A DNA stretch of 63,852 nt, filler included, from Cystobasidiomycetes sp. EMM_F5 (lineage: Eukaryota), in assembly GCA_051047955.1 (NCBI GenBank). It is 12 parts of 12 records of this genome, joined end to end, with 100 filler letters (N's around TTAATTAATTAA, not from the genome) between each part and the next. Parts side by side here need not be neighbours in the genome. Positions count along the whole stretch, not along the records: positions 45,641 to 50,401 come from JBPGPT010000094.1; positions 50,502 to 55,187 come from JBPGPT010000095.1; positions 55,288 to 59,705 come from JBPGPT010000096.1; positions 59,806 to 63,852 come from JBPGPT010000099.1; 8 more parts are not named here. The stretch is one strand, 5' to 3'. Position 1 is the stretch's first letter. Every line of letters begins with the position of its first letter. The position numbers and the translations under genes were made by a program. The notes under the pieces were generated by a model, which was not told the origin of the DNA, did no database searches, and saw only the letters and a list, made by a program, of their open reading frames with translations. Positions 48,375 to 62,253 of the stretch are shown here, piece by piece.

Positions 48375-48643
48375 TGCGACTGATCAGCGGCGAGGGAGAA
48401 GGAGAGGGAGGGGTTTGGTGCAGTCACTCAGCAGGCGGAGCGCAGCTTCCCCCCGCTCGTCCCTGTGCAGATATGTTACAAGCCCCGCACACACTGTAAA
48501 CGTCCCCGCTCGCGACCTGATTTTCCGAAAAAGCGGGCACACTCGGCAGCCCAGCTGCAGCTGCGGTAGGTTACTGATGGTCCTCACCTTGTAAACCCCA
48601 GCTGCCCCGCTGCTCCAGCTGGCGGGTTGTCAACAAGAGCGGT

Positions 48644-50401
48644 ATGAGCTCGGTCAGAGAGGACGGTTTCGACGCCGACGCCGCCGCAACCGCAGCCCCG
48701 CCGCTGCGACCAGAGCCGTCAGGATCAGTATCAGCTGGAGCATCGTCAGCAGCGTCAGTAGTGTCGGCGCTGTCGTCAGCTGGCAGCGCCGTTGAGGGTC
48801 ACACGGCGACGAGCACCGGCAGCCGTGCAAAGAGGCAGCGAGCCTGCCGCTACTGCTCCCGGAGCTTTGCAAAGACAGAGCACCTCGTGCGTCACGAAAG
48901 GGTCCACACGGCCGAGCAGCCGTACACCTGGTACGCGCGCAGTCTGTGTGATGGCTGCGCTGGCTGGCTGACTTTGCAGACTTGTCCGTGCAGCCAAGTC
49001 TGCCGAGCTGCCTTCACCAGGAAGGACTCGCTGCTCCGACACGCCCGCAAGAGTCACAAGGCTGCCAGCATCGTCCATTCCAGCAGCACACAGTCACATT
49101 TCCAACCGACTGCTAACGCGACTGACTCTGCCTCGCCGGGATCCTGCCATGACAGTCCCCGCAACAGCAGCGACGGACAGGTAGCGACGGCTGACCGTGT
49201 GGCCGGAGTACACCTGGACGACGGTTCGTTGCTGCACGGCGGTCACTGCCTCATCCCGCCTGGCAATGCGCCCAGCACGGCCCAGCCGACAAACATATAC
49301 GCCACGACCACCGGAGATTTGTCCCCTTCAGCCGCCGTTGAAGCACTTTTGGCGAGCGATAACGATGCATTCTTCTTTGGCGTCGCTACCGAAAACCTAG
49401 CCCACAATGAGGCAGTGTGGCCTGTGCAGGCTTTGGATAACCAGACCATTTATGACCAAGCCGGAGCTTTCAACCTTTGGCCGTACGATGACTTTCCGTT
49501 CGAGTCACTTCTACAGCCAATTCTGGCGCCCCAGACTTCCGACTCTTACGTGTCAACTGCTGCTTTTGCATGTATGGTCGCCTCACGGTCCAGCTCGCCC
49601 TCACTGCGACGACCTCAGGGTCTTCATTCTGACATTGCCGAACATTTTCCCGCGCACGGCATGCAAACACACTTTGGCACGAGTAATATGGACGATGCTC
49701 ACAACCTCGTTGAGCTGTCACGTCCCAATACTTTCGAGCCTCACATTCCTCCCTCAACCAATACAGTCGTTAATGCGCAGAACAGTGATACTCTTCACTG
49801 CCTCTCTCCCGGCGACAGAAACGCTGTGGTCCTACAAGCACAGACTTTGATCAGCGACTTGGTGAGTCACGGTGCGGTTCAGACCTGTCAAACGTTTGCC
49901 TTACGCTCATCGATGTAGAGTAAATTTCCTGCCAGAAACCTCAGTTTTGCATCTGTCGAATTCTTCAATGTCTGTCTAACTCTATTTTGGGATAATTTCA
50001 ACGAAAGCTTTCCAGTAAGTTCAGATCTGACGAGTCTGATCGCATTCTTTCCAAGGAATCTGGCTCACACCGAATGACTGCAACGCAGATTCTACACAGG
50101 CCGACTTTTGACACGCGTGCAATCATAGCTCCGCTCCTAATGGCACTCGTCGCATTAGGCTCGCTATATTGCGAGAGCAGCGTCGGCGTGGCAAAAGGAG
50201 AAGCCTTCTGGCAATTAGCACATAAGGGCGTGGCTTCATCGGTGAGTGGTATCGCTTCAACAGGTATCAATTCTCCGTCTAACAAGGCCCTATCAGTGGG
50301 AGCAACTTCTATTGCATAAAGGCACATGTGATTCGCAACGAGGTGTGCAGTTGGTGCTCACAGCGCTTTTAGGTCAGTGCTATGCATCGTTGTCGGGCAA
50401 T
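48644..50401 (+). CDS. C2H2 zinc-finger transcription factor with fungal TF domain, 3'-truncated
   Basis: CRYCSRSFAKTEHLVRHERVHTAEQPY and C.VCRAAFTRKDSLLRHARKSH; later FWDNFNESF/ILHRPTFD...LLMALVALGSLY. Confidence 0.88.
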
Positions 50402-51627
50402 NNNNNNNNNNNNNNNNNNNNNNNNNNNNNNNNNNNNNNNNNNNNTTAATTAATTAANNNNNNNNNNNNNNNNNNNNNNNNNNNNNNNNNNNNNNNNNNN
50501 NTACTCGAACAGACCTTTGATACACGCTCCTCGTTCTTACGTTCCTGCAGAGCACATAATGTGTAGACGATATCGGTAATTCGTATACCAGCGAGGGGAG
50601 CCCGAAGAAGGCGCACTTGCTCGACAAGGCCATTAAATAGGCAGCACAGACAGAACAGCGAGTCTGATTCAGTGACATGGCTGAGGAGCACGAACATTCG
50701 TGAGCGTATGAATATTATGTCTGTTGCAGCGGAAATACTCTGTTCGTTAAGCGGGTCATACACGCATGGTGGGCAGCTGGACCGCCTCACAGATCGCCAG
50801 CACGTTCTGACAGATACACGCATCCTCCTGTAAGGCCAGTGCAAACACGTCAGATATGCTCGCAGTTTCAACCTCTTCTCCGCAGACCGTTGCTATTTCA
50901 GCATAGGCGCTAAACGTATGACTCTCGAATCCCTCGAAATATTAGCATGAGCCATAACAAGCAACGTGATGTTGCGACTCTGGACAAAAGTAAGGTACGT
51001 ATTGAGGATGCTTGGTTTGTTTTGAAGGATTTATACGAGTGCTATCGGGGGAAAAGCATAACGATATCGTGGCCACACATACTCGACAATGGGAAGTTAG
51101 CTTTGGTGCGTCAGGGTGAGGGGATAAGCAAGATTCATTGACTGCTTTTGAAGGTCGAAGTCAAAGGCCAGCTGCAGTACTAGTCAAACAAGAAAATGAG
51201 CCTAAGACATACTGCTTATTCCCGCTAAATCCGAACACCTCTACACGTGCGGCACCAAAGCAGAACCAAGCGAACAACGCCAAGAAGCTCGAGTAGTATG
51301 CGGATTTCAATGTACGCATGCGGTTCTACCCGATGAGAGCTGTACAGCTGGCGACGGCTTCTCCATCGATCGCGCAAGACTCCATCGATGATGTATTCGG
51401 CTCCATAAGGCAATCGGTTCTCGACGGGATGTCTGCAAATCGGTCTAGAGCGAGATTATACGATCAAAATACGCGTTAAAGGCGAGCTTACCCCGAGTGT
51501 GGTCTCCACCGTCCCGTTTGCCATAAAAGGTCTAGGAATTCGACACACTGCTTCTTGCTTTCGTCCATCCCGCCAGAATCTCTCATCAAAGTTTACTTCT
51601 GCGTACGCATACCACAAGCTGCATATC

Positions 51628-52863
51628 ATGAAATTCACCAGCACCTTCCTTGCGGCAGCTTCGCTCGTCGGCAGCGTCGTCTCCCAAAACTCGACAAACT
51701 CGTCGACCTATGTCACCGGCTTGACGACAGCACTCAACAGCGCCAACTTGACCATTCTGGCTCAGCTGCTTGCCGGTCAGCCAGCTCTGGCGACTGCTCT
51801 GCAGACTGGTAATTATTCCGTATGTTTAGCGATTTCTTTTGCCACCACGTGGTGCCCCACAAGGAAACTTGTCTGACCGTCCGTTGCCACTCTATACAGG
51901 TCTTCGCTCCAAGCAACGCTGCTTTGACAGCCTTTGTTGGAAATGCGTCTCTCTCTTCCATCAATGCGAGCGTGATTACTCAGATTCTCAGTTACCACGT
52001 TACGCCTGCAGCCGTCAGATTGTCTGCGTTGAGCACTGCCCACACCATCGTCCCCTCGCTTCTCCAGGAGAACTTGACCGGCGCACCAGCAGTAAGCGCT
52101 GGTTTGAGGACATCTCCGTAGGATTGGCTAATGATTTTCGTGTAGCCAATTGTCGCATACAATAGCGCGAGCGGCCCAGTCATCCTCACCGCTGCGCGAG
52201 ACGTTTCTATTGGGGCCAACACTACCGTGAGTATTGTGTGCTATATGTCAATAGCTTTAAGCTGACGGTTAGCGTGCATGTAGTACCAAAACCTCCTCGT
52301 ACACATTGTCAATGGCGTCCTTACTCCGCCCCTCGCCCTGACCTCGACTTTGGCCGCTGCTAACTTGACGACACTGGCTACTGCCCTTACCGGCGTCAAT
52401 GCCACGATTCCAGCCACTCTGGATCGCACTCCACGAGTCACAGTGTTTGCACCGAACAACGCTGCATTCACCAGCCTCGGTGCTACTATTGCTCAGCTGA
52501 ATGCCACTCAGATCAGCAACGTGCTCTTCAACCACGTCATTACCGTAGGCGCAAAATTCTCACTTACATCGCATGGAGATCTAACATTGAATCAATCTTT
52601 CCAGGGCGCTGTTGTCTACAGCACCAACATTACCAACGCGACTACTGCATCCTCCGCCCGTGGTCAGCCATTCCGCTTCACCATTAACAACGGAAGCGTA
52701 TTCGTGCAGTCCGGTAATGCCACCGCTGTTCGCATTGTTCGCCCAGACATCCCAAGTGAGTTCCCATACAGCGATTATTCGAGCGCAGCATCGCTGACGC
52801 GCTACTCTAGCCACTAATGGTGTCGTCCATATCATTGACGGTGTCCTCGCAAACCCTTTGTAA
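51628..52863 (+). CDS. Secreted fasciclin (two FAS1 domains), multi-exon
   Basis: Signal peptide MKFTSTFLAAASLVGSVVS; VFAPSNAA/ILSYHV and TVFAPNNAAF/VLFNHVI; terminal NGVVHIIDGVL. Confidence 0.9.
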
Positions 52864-53154
52864 GGAGCCGTGTTTTGGACATGGAAGTGCAAAAGCAATA
52901 TTTGGATCATCGCTCAGTTAAGCAAGCAAAATACCTGTTCTCTCCGTCAAGACTTGGCGATCCTGGACACTCGTTGTAGCGGAGTTCTAAAAAATAACGT
53001 CGTACCCTTAATAAGATTTGATTGATTGACTGCGCGCTAAGCGGATTTGGTAGTGCGCTTGCGCCCTCTTTGTCATCATCTGACTCTTTACAATTACTTG
53101 TGGCGTCTGGTATTTTGGATCATATTGTATCTAACATCGCACAACGCTATACTC

Positions 53155-54993
53155 TTACAGGCCTGCTAGCAACTCGCCTTGCTTGTCGTCTGTCCCACCA
53201 ATCACAAATTCTTGCTCTACTTCCCTGAAACCGCAGAGGCTGTCTTCGGGGTCAAACACCATTGCATTTCCAATCCAGGGAGTCCTAGGCTCCTTCACAG
53301 CAGGATGCCTCAACACCGAGGGGTCACTTTCTTGTAACGCAACAAGCCATTCGATAACAGGTTGAGTGACCCATCGTCGCTTTGTTGAGAAACTGAGGAA
53401 CCCATCGAACCATCCAAGATGCCCGCCATGCTTTGTAGTCGCGAAGATCAAGTTCGGATTGTCTGCGACAGCATCGAAGGGAATTGCTGTGCAAGTAGCG
53501 ATAGGATCGTCTCGAGCGTTCATCGAAAGGAACGGGACCACGATGCCACTGACGAAATTATTGGGCGATTGTGTTCTGTAGTAGTGTTCTGCGGACTCAA
53601 ATCCGCCTGCTACACGGGTGACTAGGGTGTCGAATTCGTATAGAGTCATGTTTGGATTGGCTAAAACAGCCTCCGAGTCCAGTTTGGGATGCTTTGACAA
53701 TACCGCAACGTGTCGCTTAAATAGGGTTCTGGGGATATATTCAGCCCAAGCAAGTGAGCGAGAGTCCAGGCTTCGTACTGCAAGTTTCGTCCCATGGCCC
53801 TGCTATAGTAGACTGAAAGTGGGGTATATCAGCACATATTGCATGAGGGCGAGCAGCTACGCACGACCGCGTATATCGGACTGCAATGCGATGTGCCCCC
53901 TATTGCAGGCATACGCATTGTTTCAGCCATCAAATCGACTGGCGCATTGAACCTACTTCATAAGATCCCATGGAGTGCCGAGTACTATCCCCGCTTTCAT
54001 TGTAGTGCGATGAGATTCTGTACCTGCTCATCGCCCTTAGTATTCATTTGCGATTCAGTCCAGCACCCGAACTCACCTAGATATTTGGTCATCATTCCTG
54101 CACCTAGAGAGAAGCCAATGCCATAAGTTGGAGCATCGGGAAACATGTGCGCAATGTAGAGCATGGCATTCTTAAGATCCCACGTTGCTCCACAGCTGCG
54201 ATACATATTTTAGTACGTTTCGAACGAACGGTCGGTCGATGACGGTACTTACTGATATAGCTTTGGTGTAAGAAGTGGTCCATTTGAGCAACCACGACTG
54301 TTCACGACCACGGCTCGCCAGCCATGTCCTCCCGCATCCACGGGGCGGGTAAGCGGATCCAATACCGCCCGGACATACTGCGGACGGCATCAGAGGCTTA
54401 GAAGTAAGAAAGCTAATCTTCACGCACTGACTCATGACTGCCGCCCGTCAGACCGTGTGTGCACACAAGGATAGGCCGGTGGTCTGCAGGGACTTTGGAC
54501 AACGGTGGCGTTATGTCCAAGCAGATGCGTCCTCCATCGGGTACGTCTAAGTACTTTGAGAAAGTAAACTTGAGCCATCAAATTTACCGAGTCACGTACT
54601 TTGCGTTCATATTCGATGCGAAAAACCTTTGAAAAGTCGCCTATAGCGCTGTAAGCAGTCTGCGATAAATGCGATTAATTCGGCTCAAGGCTTGAACAAA
54701 GCTGAAAATACCTGGAAGTGACCGCTTCCAAACAACCACATGGACGGCGTATACCATGCTCGTTTCCCGGCGAGATGCGGGCATTTGGCATGCAGCAGGC
54801 CATTTAATGTAGATTTCGGGTTAATTGCTAGAACAACCGGATACGATAGGCCAAGTGGATGTAAGAGGAATCGACGGATGATGTGATGGGAGTGATGGAG
54901 GGTATCAACAACGCTTGAAGCCGGTAAAAAGTGGAAAAGGAGCCAGATGGAGCATGAAATGACCACCGCCGTTATTGCTGAGATTTCAAACAT
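53155..54993 (-). CDS. Alpha/beta hydrolase, EHT1/EEB1/ABHD1-3 family, multi-exon
   Basis: WLFGSGHFQ, GIGFSLGA nucleophile elbow, YEFDTLVT...GFESAEHYY, NARDDPI, HGGHLGWF. Confidence 0.88.
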
Positions 54994-55618
54994 GGCGGTG
55001 AGGAATCTAGAGGCACTGCACATGATATTGAAGACGTAACTTCTGATGCGGAAACCGGCCGTTTGTTTGGATGGGCAACATCCAAATCTTCATGAAAGAA
55101 TTTGGCCAGGGTCAAAAAAGAAATATGAAAGAACGCAGGGAAGAGAGGAAAACATGTTGCTCAACCAAAAGGACAGGTCTGTTCGGGNNNNNNNNNNNNN
55201 NNNNNNNNNNNNNNNNNNNNNNNNNNNNNNNTTAATTAATTAANNNNNNNNNNNNNNNNNNNNNNNNNNNNNNNNNNNNNNNNNNNNTCAGCAACATATT
55301 CAACAAACTCAGCAACGAAAAACTAGAGCCCTGAAAACTCAAGTAATACAGTGAAGACCCTGTATAAGAATATTCTTGTTTCTAAAAGCAGGGTCCTGAT
55401 TATGTTTCAAATAATCACAACTTCTGCTGAGCCTCGCTCAGCAAGCACATTAAAAACTCTTTATAAGAATATATCTAATATATTCTTATAAAGAGTTTTT
55501 AATGTAAATATCCGTCTTGAAAATAGCTCAATTTTCACAAATGCACATTAATTTTTTTAATGTAAACTCAAAAGGGTTTTTTGCTGTAGTACAAAGGGAG
55601 CTAATCTAGAAAATAGCC

Positions 55619-55765
55619 ATGCCCCAACTGTTACCTTTTTACTTTGTAAATCAATTAACCTTTGCCTTTTTTGGTTTATTTGCAATGATCTATGTTTTTT
55701 CTAAATATGTTTTACCTATGTTTACTGAACTCTTTTTAACCCGAATGTTTATTTCAAAATTATAA
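55619..55765 (+). CDS. atp8: ATP synthase subunit 8 (mitochondrial)
   Basis: [33 protein letters not shown]...RMFISKL*, 48 aa. Confidence 0.97.
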   Translation: MPQLLPFYFVNQLTFAFFGLFAMIYVFSKYVLPMFTELFLTRMFISKL

Positions 55766-56383
55766 GTTTTTAATGTGCATTCGCAAACCCGGGTGTGAAA
55801 ATAAGGGTATTTTCAGGACGCAGGTTTATTCTTTGATGATATTTTTATATATGAAGATTTATTCTAAATCTTCAGCTGATCCCTTCTCAAGCGGAGCTTG
55901 AGAAAGGATCCGAAGGAGTCTTCACCGTATCCCATTGCTGAGTTTGTTGAATTTGCGGAGGTCTTATCAAGCTCTGCTTGATAAGACCTCCGCAAATTCA
56001 ACCAGGACCTACCTTTAAAATCTTATGTACTTTGTATCTAACCTTATTTAAGGACTATGATTCAGAAGATAGATTTAAAAAAGACGTTACGATTTTATGA
56101 TTATATTCTTATACCTGAATCTAAAAAGTAATAAAAAATCTAAACATCAGGATAAGGAATCGAGTTATAAAGGTTATTCGCTTTAATATTGACCATTGCT
56201 GAGGCCTTATCAAGCAGAGCTTGATAAGGCAGCAAGGGTCAATATTCTTGCGTGTGAATATTTTTTTTATAAGTATTCAGAAGCTTGATAAGGAATCTAA
56301 AAACAAGCTAATAAAAAGGGGGTCTTTACTGTATTCAATAATCTTAATTAACTTATAAGTTAGATGATATAAAAAAATCCATT

Positions 56384-57193
56384 ATGATAAATCTTGAAGC
56401 AACAACCTCTACCGTGTATAACCATTCCGTAATCACGGTTTTATCTCCATTAGAACAGTTTGAAACAACTAACTTTATTAGTTTTACTGCCCCTATTATG
56501 GGTGACTTTGTTTTATCTCTAACAAATGTAGGATTTTATACACTATTGGTCCTAGGGTTAGGTATTGGGTATCATGCATTAGCTGCTAACCAATCATCCG
56601 CTTTGGTGCCAAGTAAGTGAAGCCTTTCTTTAGAGTCATCCTACGCAACCTTACACAACATGGTTAAAGAGCAAGTGGGAAGTGCAAACGAAATTTACGT
56701 GCCCTTTATCTACTCCATTTTTTGATTTTTATTATTAGCTAATTTAGCGGGTAATGTGCCTTACTCATTTGCATTTACATCTAGCGTTATTGTAGCAATG
56801 GGGCTTAGCCTAACCATTTTTATTGGTGTCACTATTTTAGGTTTAATGCAACACGGTATCCACTTTTTTAGCTTTTTTGTTCCAGCCGGAACTCCTTTAG
56901 CATTAGTGCCTTTACTAGCTTTAATTGAATTAATTTCATACATTGCTCGAGCCTTTAGTTTAGGTGTACGATTATTTGCCAATATTGTCGCAGGTCACAC
57001 ACTTCTAAAAATTCTAAGCGGTTTCTTATACCCTGCTCTAACCAGCGGTGTTTTACTATTCCTTGTCACATTATTACCAATGGCCATTTTTGTAGCCTTA
57101 GTAGGACTAGAAATTGCGGTTTCCTTTATCCAAGCATACGTATTTACTATTTTATGCTGTAGCTATCTAAAAGACGCTATTGAGTTACACTAA
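56384..57193 (+). CDS. atp6: ATP synthase subunit 6 (mitochondrial, TGA=Trp)
   Basis: SPLEQF, FVPAGTPLAL, RAFSLGVRLFANIVAGH, IQAYVF, YLKDAIELH; the two ORF pieces are in one frame. Confidence 0.98.
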
Positions 57194-58031
57194 GTATTTC
57201 CGGGCTGCGTCCGGAAATATTTTACTTAAAAATCAGATCTTAAGATGTTACAAAGCAAGGGGATGAATTTTGTGAATTCAACTTACCGTAACCTTAAACT
57301 TAATAAAATTTATTCCTTAATGTAAAAAGTCTTACAGTATACCCCCTTTTTTTTTGTTCATAGCTGCTTATTTATATACATTAAAAACCTTGTTCTTAAA
57401 ATAGCTGAAGATTTAGAATAAATCTTCATATATTCTTATATGTGAATATTTACAATATTAAAGGTTTTCACTGTATAATCTAATACATAACTTGCCGAAC
57501 AAAAAAAAATCAACCTTAGCCTATTTCCTATTTTATCTCTACATTAAATTTCAAATGTGCATGTGAAGATTGGAAAATATTTCCTGATGTACATTGATTA
57601 TTTAAGGCTATTTTTATAAGTTTTGATCCTAAATAAAATTCATTATAAAGCGTGTTTGGTGTAGTTGGTGATTAATCTTTATAAAATAAAGATTCGTTCG
57701 CAAGAATATTGACCCTTGCTGCCTTATCAAGCTTATTCGCAGCTCCGCTGCGAACGTGCTTGATAACTTGTTGAAGAAACTTCCACAAATTATCAAGGGT
57801 CAATATTAAAGCGAATAAGCTTTATAACTTTATTGCCGGATTATTTTTTCCCCCAAATAATCCGGCTCTGCAAACTTAAATTCTAAGATCACTGTCTTTT
57901 TTAGATTCATTTCGATTACTTCTCAGGAGAAATAATCGAAACATATAAAGTTAAGGTGATATACAAATCCCCAAAAACATGAGGGTAAAAAAACCCGCTG
58001 GACCCCCCAAAACCCCTCATGACCAAAAAAA

Positions 58032-58102
58032 AAGAGATTAGCTTAGTGGTAAAGCACCTATCTTACACGTAGGCTACCGGTGTTCGATTCACCGATTTCT
58101 TA
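58032..58102 (+). tRNA. trnV: Mitochondrial tRNA-Val(UAC)
   Basis: Acceptor aagagat/atttctt, anticodon arm cctat-ctTACac-gtagg, T arm cggtg-ttcgatt-caccg. Confidence 0.95.
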
Positions 58103-58367
58103 TTTTATCTTAGATTAGCCCTAGTCATACTGTTTAAGTTAGGATCTTATGATTATCGTTTGTTTTATATCCCTTTCGATTCCTTATTTTTTTTAGATTC
58201 ATTTCGATTACTTCTCAGGAGAAATAATCGAAACATAAAAAGGAGAAATAATAGAAACATGAAAAGTAAATGAATAGGAGTGATGATGGTTATTTTTATT
58301 TTTGGAAATTCGGATAATCATTCGAAATAACTATTTAAAGTTAAGTAGGACATTATACGTATATTAC

Positions 58368-59174
58368 ATGCTAAATTATTTATTTTTTTCTATCTTATTT
58401 GCAGCTTATTTTTTCGCAAACCCCGTTTGCGAACTTGCGAAAAATATTCATAACGATGCTTCGTACCCCTGACAAATTGGATTCCAAGACGGAGCAACCC
58501 CTAGTTTTGAAGGGATCGTAGAGTTACACGACTCCATCTTTTTTTACTTAATTGTAATTTCTGTTTTAGTCTTTTGAATGTTAGGATCCGTACTAATTAA
58601 TTTTAATAGTAACAAAGCTCAAATTGTTCACAAATATCACAACCACGGTACTCTAATTGAACTTGTTTGAACTATTACGCCTGCGTTGTTATTAATTGCG
58701 ATTGCTTTTCCCAGCTTTAAACTATTATATCTAATGGATGAAGTAATCTCACCATCTATGACTATTAAAGTTGCCGGTCACCAGTGATACTGATCATATG
58801 AATACTCTGATTTCATTAATGAAGATGGGGAATCAATTGAATTTGACTCCTATATGGTACCTGATTCAGACTTAGAAATAGGGCAATTCCGACTCCTTGA
58901 TGTTGATAACCGGGTAGTAGTACCGGTCGATACACATATTCGCTTTATTGTTACAGGACAGGATGTTATTCATGATTTTGCTTGCCCTTCTTTAGGATTA
59001 AAGATTGACGCTGTGCCAGGAAGATTAAACCAAACATCCGTGTTAATTCAGCGAGAAGGAGTATACTATGGACAGTGTTCTGAAATCTGTGGTGTTTACC
59101 ATGGGTTCATGCCTATTGCTATTGAAGCAGTCTCTTTAGAAAAATATTTATCTTGATTAGATTCCCAAGTATAA
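58368..59174 (+). CDS. cox2: Cytochrome c oxidase subunit 2 (mitochondrial, intronless, TGA=Trp)
   Basis: NDASYPWQIGFQD, GHQWYWSYEY (TGA Trp codons), CuA motif [12 protein letters not shown]. Confidence 0.98.
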
Positions 59175-59805
59175 ACCCCCTTTAATGTGCATTCGCTCTA
59201 GTCCCTGCTATTTATTTGCTCAATACATAAAAAGGATGTATATTCGTTGATATCTGGTCCCAGGTTAGTTCCACTAACCAGCCCCTTTTTATTCCTTCTC
59301 AAGCATGTGAATATTTATTTTATAAATATTCAGAAGCTTTAGAACTTTATGCTTCGATTCATTTCCTTTTCATGTTTCGATTTTTTCTTACTATTTAGAT
59401 TCCTTATTTTATTTAGATTCCTTATTTTATTTAGATTCATTTCGATTACTTCTCAGGAGAAATAATCGAAACATAAAAAGGAGAAATAATCGAAATGAAT
59501 CTGAACCAGTAAATCGAAACATCAGGAGAAGTAATCTAAAAACAACCTAATAATAGGACCAAAAGGTCCATTGTTGAAACAATTTGCTTTATAACAAATA
59601 CGGTCCTCCCTTGATTTTTAAGTAAAAATCAAGAATGTCGGGAGGAGAGGTGTTGCTGAGTTTGTTGAAGTTGTTGCTGAGTTTGTTGAAGTTGTTGCTG
59701 AGGGANNNNNNNNNNNNNNNNNNNNNNNNNNNNNNNNNNNNNNNNNNNNTTAATTAATTAANNNNNNNNNNNNNNNNNNNNNNNNNNNNNNNNNNNNNNN
59801 NNNNN

Positions 59806-60210
<405 letters not shown>

Positions 60211-60534
60211 GGAATCCTTTCATAGCTTCTCGTCGCTCTTGGAAGTCGTTAGTGGTATTTGTTATTTGTGCTGAATGCAAGCAGTATCGTGTTTGAGGCA
60301 GTTTGGTGTCCGTCATCGACTTTTAACGACGAGAGCACAAAGATCCGTCATTTGGCGACGACCATTGCGAACGCGTTGACCAGTCTACGACTGTCGCTTC
60401 CAGGCCGTCATTGGCAGCACCTGTTGTACCGGAACAGGTCTGCTTGGCGTCCCGCGTTCTGAAATCGATATCAATCGAAAGCCAGCGTAGGCTACAGTCA
60501 GTTGGCCTTGAGCCGAATTGGCTGGTGCAACAGT

Positions 60535-62145
60535 ATGGCTCCAACAACGGTTCCATGCGCGTACAAGGTGCTTAGAATTCGCCATACGATGCGGAGCATG
60601 CCGACAAAAGCTGAATTGCTATGCATCCGTTCTTGCGTCGGACTGGACCTGATGATATGGTTCCGCTTGGAATAGACTGGCAAGACGCTAGGTGAGCATC
60701 ATGATCGCAACGTTGTCCTGCACGCTGACGCGATGTCTACTGTGCAGGCCAGGGGACATATGCTGTACGGCGTTGCTCAAGACAACCTATGCATAACATC
60801 TAGCTAAATGGTCACGTCGAACAGGTCGTGAAAGAATGCGTACACATCGACACTGGCAAGTTCTACGCGTGCAAAGTGATCAGCAAGCGTCTCATGGCTG
60901 GCCGGGAGCACATGGTCCGTAACGAAATCGCCGTTCTGAAGCGGATATCTCAAGGGCATCCAAATGTCCTTACTCTTGTCGACTATTTCGAGACGACAAA
61001 CAATCTATACCTCGTTACTGATCTTTGCACGGGCGGAGAGCTCTTTGACCGGATATGTGCTAAAGGATGTAAGTTTCTCATAGCTAAGCCGCAGCGTATA
61101 CGCGAGACGCGCTAAGAAGGGGTCATCAACATAGCTTACTATGAACGCGATGCGTGTCATTTGGTCAACATTATCTGCGGCGCCGTCGCCTACCTCCACG
61201 AGCAAGGTATTGTACATAGAGGTACGGCTGTAAGGGGATGTGCAGCTTCTGCAAATGGACTAACGCAATTGCGGCTGGCGACTTTCCCAGATCTTAAGCC
61301 CGAGAATCTTCTCTTCAGGACACAAGACGAGAATGCGGATCTGATGATTGCCGATTTCGGTTTGTCGCGGGTGTGAGTGCTGCTGCTATACAACATTAGG
61401 CCTATCGACTGACACTTCGTCCGTCAGGGTGAACGATGACGCAATGAGCTTATTGACCACTACTTGCGGGACACCAGGTCAGTCCCTATGATCATGTAGG
61501 TGATTTGGCTGAAAACTCACAAGCGAATGTCTTCTTCTCCAGGCTACATGGCACCCGAAGTCTTCCGCAAGACCGGACACGGCAAGCCTGTAGATGTGTG
61601 GGCGATAGGTGTTATTGCATACTTTCTGTGTGCGGGCTACACGCCGTTCGACCGTGAAAGCCAAGTCGAAGAGGTGCAAGCCATCTGTAGTGCAAACTAT
61701 TCCTACACGCCTACAGAATACTGGTCTGCTATTTCGGACACTGCACGCGACTTTATCGACAAATGTCTGGTTGTTGATCCGGCAAAACGCCTTACTGCAA
61801 AACAGTGCATGCAGCATGAATGGCTCGTCAGCGATGCTTCGGCTTCACATGAGGGCCAAGAAGATCTTCTCAGCAAGGGTCTCAAGGCTAAGTTCGATGC
61901 CAAGAAGGTGTGTCCGACTTGCGCACTGTTTAATTTGTATATTGATCGTGTCGTGTTTTTGCTATATTCAGGCGTGGCGCAAAGCAGTTTTTGCTACACG
62001 GTTCATCAACGCAGCTGGCAATGCAGCCAAGATGCACAAGTGGGGAACCCTTACTCCCGATCAACACGCTTTCGTGGACGACTTGCAAAAGGACAAGGAA
62101 CGCGCCGCCAAGGAGGAGAAGGTTACGGAAGTGTTAAGCTATTGA
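60535..62145 (+). CDS. Ca2+/calmodulin-dependent protein kinase (CMK1/CaMKI-like), multi-exon; 3' end uncertain
   Basis: MAPTTVPCAYK/TGKTLG/QGTYA/VVKEC, GGELFDRI, HRDLKPEN, IADFGLS, GYMAPE, WRKAVFATRFIN calmodulin-binding segment. Confidence 0.93.
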
Positions 62146-62253
62146 TGATAGTGATCTGCTAGCTTCAGGTGTCTGCTGGAATGCTTATATGTGCCTCAGT
62201 CCACCGGCCTGTTGTAACTTTCAAGAGTGGACGTCAACCAGTAGGTTGCGGGA

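Noticed and set aside
6698..59805. Regularly recurring TTAATTAATTAA palindrome, and apparent mixing of mtDNA, rDNA and nuclear genes (NUMTs, super-cluster)
   Set aside because: Artificial linkers between size-sorted contigs; cross-spacer neighbourhoods are not biological.
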